From Octopus sinensis (taxonomy: Eukaryota), in assembly GCF_006345805.1 (NCBI RefSeq), contig NW_021835419.1, positions 1 to 40,757 of the forward strand: a stretch of DNA of 40,757 bases, in the 5' to 3' direction. The position numbers were made by a program, and so were the translations under genes. A model generated the notes under the pieces. It saw only the letters and a program-made list of their open reading frames with translations. It made no database searches and was not told the origin of the DNA. Positions 35,901 to 40,757 of the stretch are shown piece after piece; position 1 is the first letter of the stretch, and each line of letters opens with the position of its first letter.

Positions 35901-36310
35901 ATACTACTACTACTACTTTCACTCTTTATATATTTTCTTCTTTCTTATTCTTCTTCCCACTTCTTTCTCCACTTCTCTTTCTTCTTTTCACACTCTCTCT
36001 ACTCTTCTTTCTACTTCTACTGCTACTCTTCATCTGCTTCGCTCGCCTCCTCCTCTTTCTTCATCTTTTTCTTCTTCTCACCCTTACCCTCCTCAAATCA
36101 CAACTTCTTCAGCTTCTCCTCCTTCTTCTCCTCCTTCTTCTTCTCCTCCTTCTTCTCCTCCTTCTTCTCCTCCTTCTTCTTCTTCTTCTTCTCCTTCTTC
36201 TTCTTCTCCTTCTTCTTCTTCTCCTTCTTCTTCTTCTCCTCCTTCTTCCGCTCCTTCTTCTCCTCCTTCTTCTCCTCCTTCTTCTTCTTCTTCTTCTTCT
36301 TCTTCTTTCC
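35797..36310. repeat. (CTA)n followed by pyrimidine-rich (CTT/CTC)n
   Basis: Directly visible. Confidence 0.9.
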
Positions 36311-36774
36311 TTCCTTCCTAGATCCATTCATTCATTCCTTCTTTTCATTCCTATTCTATCTCGTTGTTGCTTGCCACCACCTCCTCTCCTTCTGCCATTT
36401 CACACTTACCTCTTTCTACAGTTGTTGTTGTTGTTGCTGTCGGTTTCAGCAGCAGAGACGTCGTCGTCGCCATTGTTATTTGACCCTAGGTCGATCTAAA
36501 TCCTACAGACAGACCTATGATCTAACTACCACTAACCTGTGTTTTCTTTATTTTTTTATATTTTCTGCACAATCAACGAGCTATCTGTCCTTCCTTTTGT
36601 AGACGGTACGGAGTGATCTGAGAGGTACTTGGTTTCTGTTTCCAGTAAGACGATTAACTACCCAAATGTACCCTCGTTAGCTTGCGAATAAAGTTTTTGT
36701 GGTTCAGCTCAAGGCCATTACAGATCCAGGAGGCTTCTGATCAAAAGCGTTCCAGTCGTGATCAACCCATCGTT

Positions 36775-36990
36775 TTAACCCTTTAGTATTCAGATTATAC
36801 TGTTGAATGTAATGCTTATTTATTCACATTGTTTTGAATTTATCATCTATTATCTTGTAGCTTCGATATTTTGATGATGTGTTTGTTTATTTTAAGAACA
36901 ACATTATAGGATACATGTGAGAGGCTGCACCTGGCCAGTTTAAGCATAAAACAGGTAAACTATTTTGGCCTGATATGGCCAGTTTAAATA
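36775..36990. mobile_element. TTAA-CCC (piggyBac-like) MITE whose right TIR is cut by the CR1 insertion
   Basis: Left end TTAA-CCCTTTAGTATT; right side reaches only AAATATTA before LINE sequence begins. Confidence 0.5.
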
Positions 36991-37450
36991 TTAGACATAC
37001 AGCATCTCGAAAGAGTCCAGAGGCTGGCTACCCGCATGGTTCATGGTCTCAAAAATTTGTCCTACGAAGAAAGGCTGAGGACGCTCGACCTTTATTCTCT
37101 TGAAAAACGCCGCCGCCGTGGTGATCTCATTCTCGCCCACAACATCATAAGCGGGAAGTGTAACCTCTCGAAAGAGCTGTTCTTCACTCCTGCTCCGGAG
37201 CGTCGGCTGCGGGGTCATTCCGAAAAGCTCTACCTGCGACGATTTCATCTCAATCGAAGGAGAGGAGCTTTCTCCGTCCGGGTTGCGGATCCGTGGAACA
37301 AGCTGCCAGACGAGATGGTGAAGATGCCGACGACCGCTTTGTTCAAAGCCTCCCTGGACCTCAAGTGGCCTGAACTCTTTACATGAACACCACCCTGTAC
37401 TTAACTCCATGTCCCCCTACATGGCCTTGCTATTTGCTTTTGAGCCAAAT

Positions 37451-37485
<35 letters not shown>
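36991..37485 (+). mobile_element. 5'-truncated CR1-clade LINE (ORF2 C-terminus, 3' UTR, (TAAC)n tail)
   Basis: LDIQHLERVQRLATRMVHGLKNLSYEERLRTLDLYSLEKRRRRGDLI...RGHSEKL...FSVRVADPWNKLP; no stops; ends in (TAAC)n at 37451-37484. Confidence 0.9.
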
Positions 37486-37935
37486 TAAGACTAAATAATC
37501 AGATGTATCCATTCGTTTGTTTCAAATGAAACAGCGGGGTGTGATTTTTTTGAGAGTGATCGCCAGCTGTTTCTAGTTGGGTTGAATAACCAAGTAGAGA
37601 TTACCTCGTTGGCTCGTAAAAGAAAAGAATACATAGGTTACATACACATAATATGCTGCCCTACATATCTATTCTTAATATGCTCCAACAGATTCGAACA
37701 TGAATTTGCTGATCGCCGTTGTATTTCGTCACAGGAGACAACACATTCTCCTCCACAACTAGATTTGAATAGGACAATAAATTATAAACTGACTTTATGT
37801 GAAATTTTAGAACTGTTTTTTTTATTATTTTGTAAAAGATCACTCATTTGATTTAACTGAAGGAATGACTGGAAGGGGCAGGAGGATTATATGCGCCTGG
37901 TTCAATATGTGCAGGGAAGTCCGCTTCTCATTTGT

Positions 37936-38166
37936 TATTTATTTATTGCCCTCAAGGGGCTAAACATAGAGGGAACAAACAAGGACAGACAAACGGATTA
38001 AGTCGATTACATCGACCCCAGTGAGTGACTGGTACTTAATTTATCGACCCCGAAAGGATGAAAAGCAAAGTCGACCTCGGCGGAATTTGAACTCAGAACG
38101 TAGCGGTAGACGAAATACTGCTAAGCATTTCGCCCGGCGTGCTACCGATTCTGCCAGCTCGCTGCC
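37936..38166 (-). mobile_element. SINE family A inserted in Merlin, 12-bp TSD
   Basis: CTTCTCATTTGT at 37924-37935 and 38167-38178. Confidence 0.9.
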
Positions 38167-38516
38167 CTTCTCATTTGTGTCTGTCGATAACAGGACAAAT
38201 GGTAGGAACTGTCGAAAATCCTGTTCGGATAGATGAGGCACGTTTTGCTGGAAGAAGAGAATATAATCGAGGTCGTCTTCTTACTGGTGATCAAAAACCC
38301 GAATCAACTGAGAGTGAGGCAGATATGGTGAACAGTAGAAATCATGGATGAAGAATAGGTGGTCCATGGGTCTTCGGACTTAAAATGGCCTAGATTGTCG
38401 CTACATTTATGTTCCAAAAAGATATAGAGCTACTCTCGAGTCAATCATCTTAAGAGAAGTGCAAGCAGGTTCTGACATCCACTCGGATGAATGGTCGGCA
38501 TATTCGAATCTAAATA

Positions 38517-38716
38517 TATTTCTTTACTACCCACAAGGGGTTAAACATAGAGGAGACAAACAAGGACAGACAAAGGGATTAAGTCGTACATCGACCCCGA
38601 AAGGATGAAAGGCAAAGTCGACCTCGGCTGAATTTCAACTCGGAACGTAACGGCAGACGAAATACGGCTACGCATTTCGTCCGGTGTGCTAACGTTTCTG
38701 CCAGCTCGCCGCCTTT
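38517..38716 (-). mobile_element. SINE family A inserted in Merlin, 16-bp TSD, internal deletion
   Basis: TATTCGAATCTAAATA at 38501-38516 and 38717-38732; lacks the segment between the two ATCGACCCC direct repeats. Confidence 0.9.
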
Positions 38717-39486
38717 TATTCGAATCTAAATAGATATTACATCCATTTCAACATCCATTTCAACCAGCAAAGCTATGTTAATCGTCAAGATGGAACACGT
38801 ACGCAGAACATTGAGCGGTCGTGGCTAGAAGCTAAAAGTCATCTTCTCAAAAAAACGAGAGATGTTCCATTGCAAACATTTCAATCTCATTTAGATTTTA
38901 TTTGTTGGAAGATTTTAAGATCAAATGAGAAAAATCTCTTTATTGCAATTTTAAATGATATCCGTACTGTATACAAACAGTCACAGCATTCATGTTTCTC
39001 GTATGAAATAAAAATCGATAAAAATTTTTCTTTGTTATTTTTTAAATATTTAACTCACTCCTCTAATTATAATTGCAAATTTATAACAAAATTACAAGCT
39101 GGTCGAGATTTATGTTGCTGTAGATCACAATGACATGTAGATCACATACTACAATGGCACCAAAAGTACTTGTTATAATTAGAGCTTGTCGCGACGTACG
39201 TTCGAGTGTTACGCAACTTTATTTGAATTTTTACTATCGGGTAACTAATTTCATCTTATTACATAAGTGACTTCACAATTTCATAAATTATCGGGAATTC
39301 CTAAAAACAAGATCAAGTGTAAGACAGTTCGGTATTCTCTGTAAATGCACAAAAACTATTTTAAGGGCTACATTGTATTCTTGTTACTGGATCAGCGAAA
39401 CAATTATGAGAACGGAATCAAGGGATAAGCTAACCTCCATCCCCACCCCACCCGCTTTCCCGAGAATTACCGTGTACGTCAGCTTG

Positions 39487-39529
<43 letters not shown>

Positions 39530-39530
<1 letters not shown>

Positions 39531-39835
39531 TAGCAGTATCGCCCGGCGTTGCTCGGGTTTGTAAGGGAAATAACTATATAAGCATTTTTAGAGAGTTACT
39601 TCCCAAATATAAGCCGAGCAAGAATCTTTAAAAATGCGGAAAAATGATGGTAAATCTTTTTTTAAATCGTAGACTCATCGTAGACGCGCGCCAATACCCA
39701 GAAGGGTTCGATATGAATCACGACTATAAGATACCCGCTTTTGGTTAAACTGCACCGCAAAATGTGGGAGTAGTTAGGAATCTAAATCAGAGGAAACAGA
39801 GTCTCACACACACAACTTCAATTTTATATATAAAG

Positions 39836-39836
<1 letters not shown>
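39530..39836 (-). mobile_element. Non-autonomous Helitron, same family, 307 bp
   Basis: Same termini and internal sequence as 25862-26259. Confidence 0.85.
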
Positions 39837-39921
<85 letters not shown>

Positions 39922-40039
39922 ATCACCGTGATCACCGTGACCCGACCAGGCTATCAAATGTTGCTGCACATCGCTGGTCACAATGCGATTCGCACTGTTT
40001 TAGCCTTCAAATGACGCCACCTCGCTGGCTAAGCGAGCG

Positions 40040-40054
40040 GGGCCATATATATAT

Positions 40055-40106
<52 letters not shown>

Positions 40107-40136
40107 TATATATATACATATGTATATGTATATGTA

Positions 40137-40173
<37 letters not shown>

Positions 40174-40697
40174 TCATTCATTGAAGCGCACTTATGCGCC
40201 CGTGTGTAAACATACATACAGGTATGTAAATAATATGTGTGTCTGTGGGGGTGGGCGTGTGTGGGTGTATATGCTGTAAAAAAAACTGTTACTTCTACCT
40301 TTTGTCCTCGCTCTTGACATCTCGTTTACTCACCCACGATTATCGCAGAAATATAAATATATTCAAACAAACATCTTAAGAATCACAACTATACCCTGCC
40401 ACCACCGTCATAACCACAACCAAATCTAACACCACCACCATATAAAGAAGGTGTTACAAATCGGAGTGTCAAAGGACGAGGGCATTAGGGAATTGGAAAA
40501 GGCAACAAATACAAATACATGCATACATACAGACATTCATACATACATATGTGTGTGTATATATATATATATGTATACAGATATATATATATATATATAT
40601 ATACCTATTTATCTCTCTTCCTCTCTCTCTCTCCCTCTCTCTCTCTCCCTCTCTCTCCCTCCTCTCTCTCTCTATATATATATAATATATGTGTATA

Positions 40698-40735
<38 letters not shown>
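40040..40735. repeat. (TA)n/(TG)n/(CT)n microsatellite clusters
   Basis: Directly visible. Confidence 0.85.
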
Positions 40736-40737
<2 letters not shown>

Positions 40738-40757
40738 AAATCAAACTCAACCCCAAA

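Larger units (their letters stand above)
37700..39000 (+). mobile_element. Merlin (IS1016/ISXO2-like) DDE transposase pseudogene, split by two SINEs
   Basis: WFNMCREV; VRIDEARFAGRREYNRGR (D at 38232); GPWVFG; IHSDEWSAYSNL (D at 38486); GTRTQNIERSW (E at 38813); HLDFICWK. Reads through once the SINEs and one TSD copy each are removed. Possible right TIR ending ...GAGAATTACC at 39471. Confidence 0.85.

Noticed and set aside
35639-36499. 286-aa Leu/Thr ORF and poly-Arg/poly-Lys antisense ORFs
   Set aside because: Pyrimidine-rich simple repeats; no domain signal.

Overview
Animal genomic DNA, AT-rich and saturated with microsatellites and short retroposons. An octopod cephalopod origin is likely, but this is inference from the repeat landscape, not a database match. 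There is one convincing host gene: an uninterrupted 377-aa Atonal-family bHLH transcription factor ORF (17850-18983, +). The rest is transposon debris that can be read from the sequence: several tRNA-headed SINE families (well over 25 copies or fragments), two 5'-truncated R4/Dong-type LINE ends sitting in (AAT)n tracts, two Penelope-like GIY-YIG remnants, a CR1 3' end, a Merlin (IS1016/ISXO2-like) transposase split by two SINEs with clear target-site duplications, a DD37D (maT) Tc1/mariner remnant with a 61-bp fold-back, three non-autonomous Helitrons, and hAT- and TTAA-type MITEs. The most notable signal is a set of six minimal hammerhead-ribozyme-like motifs in non-autonomous repeats. One of them appears to be the 3' part of a tRNA-headed SINE that was split by a Dong insertion. 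Almost all other ORFs in the track are microsatellite artefacts. SINE and microsatellite boundaries are approximate (about +/-10-20 bp) unless a TSD or terminus is quoted.
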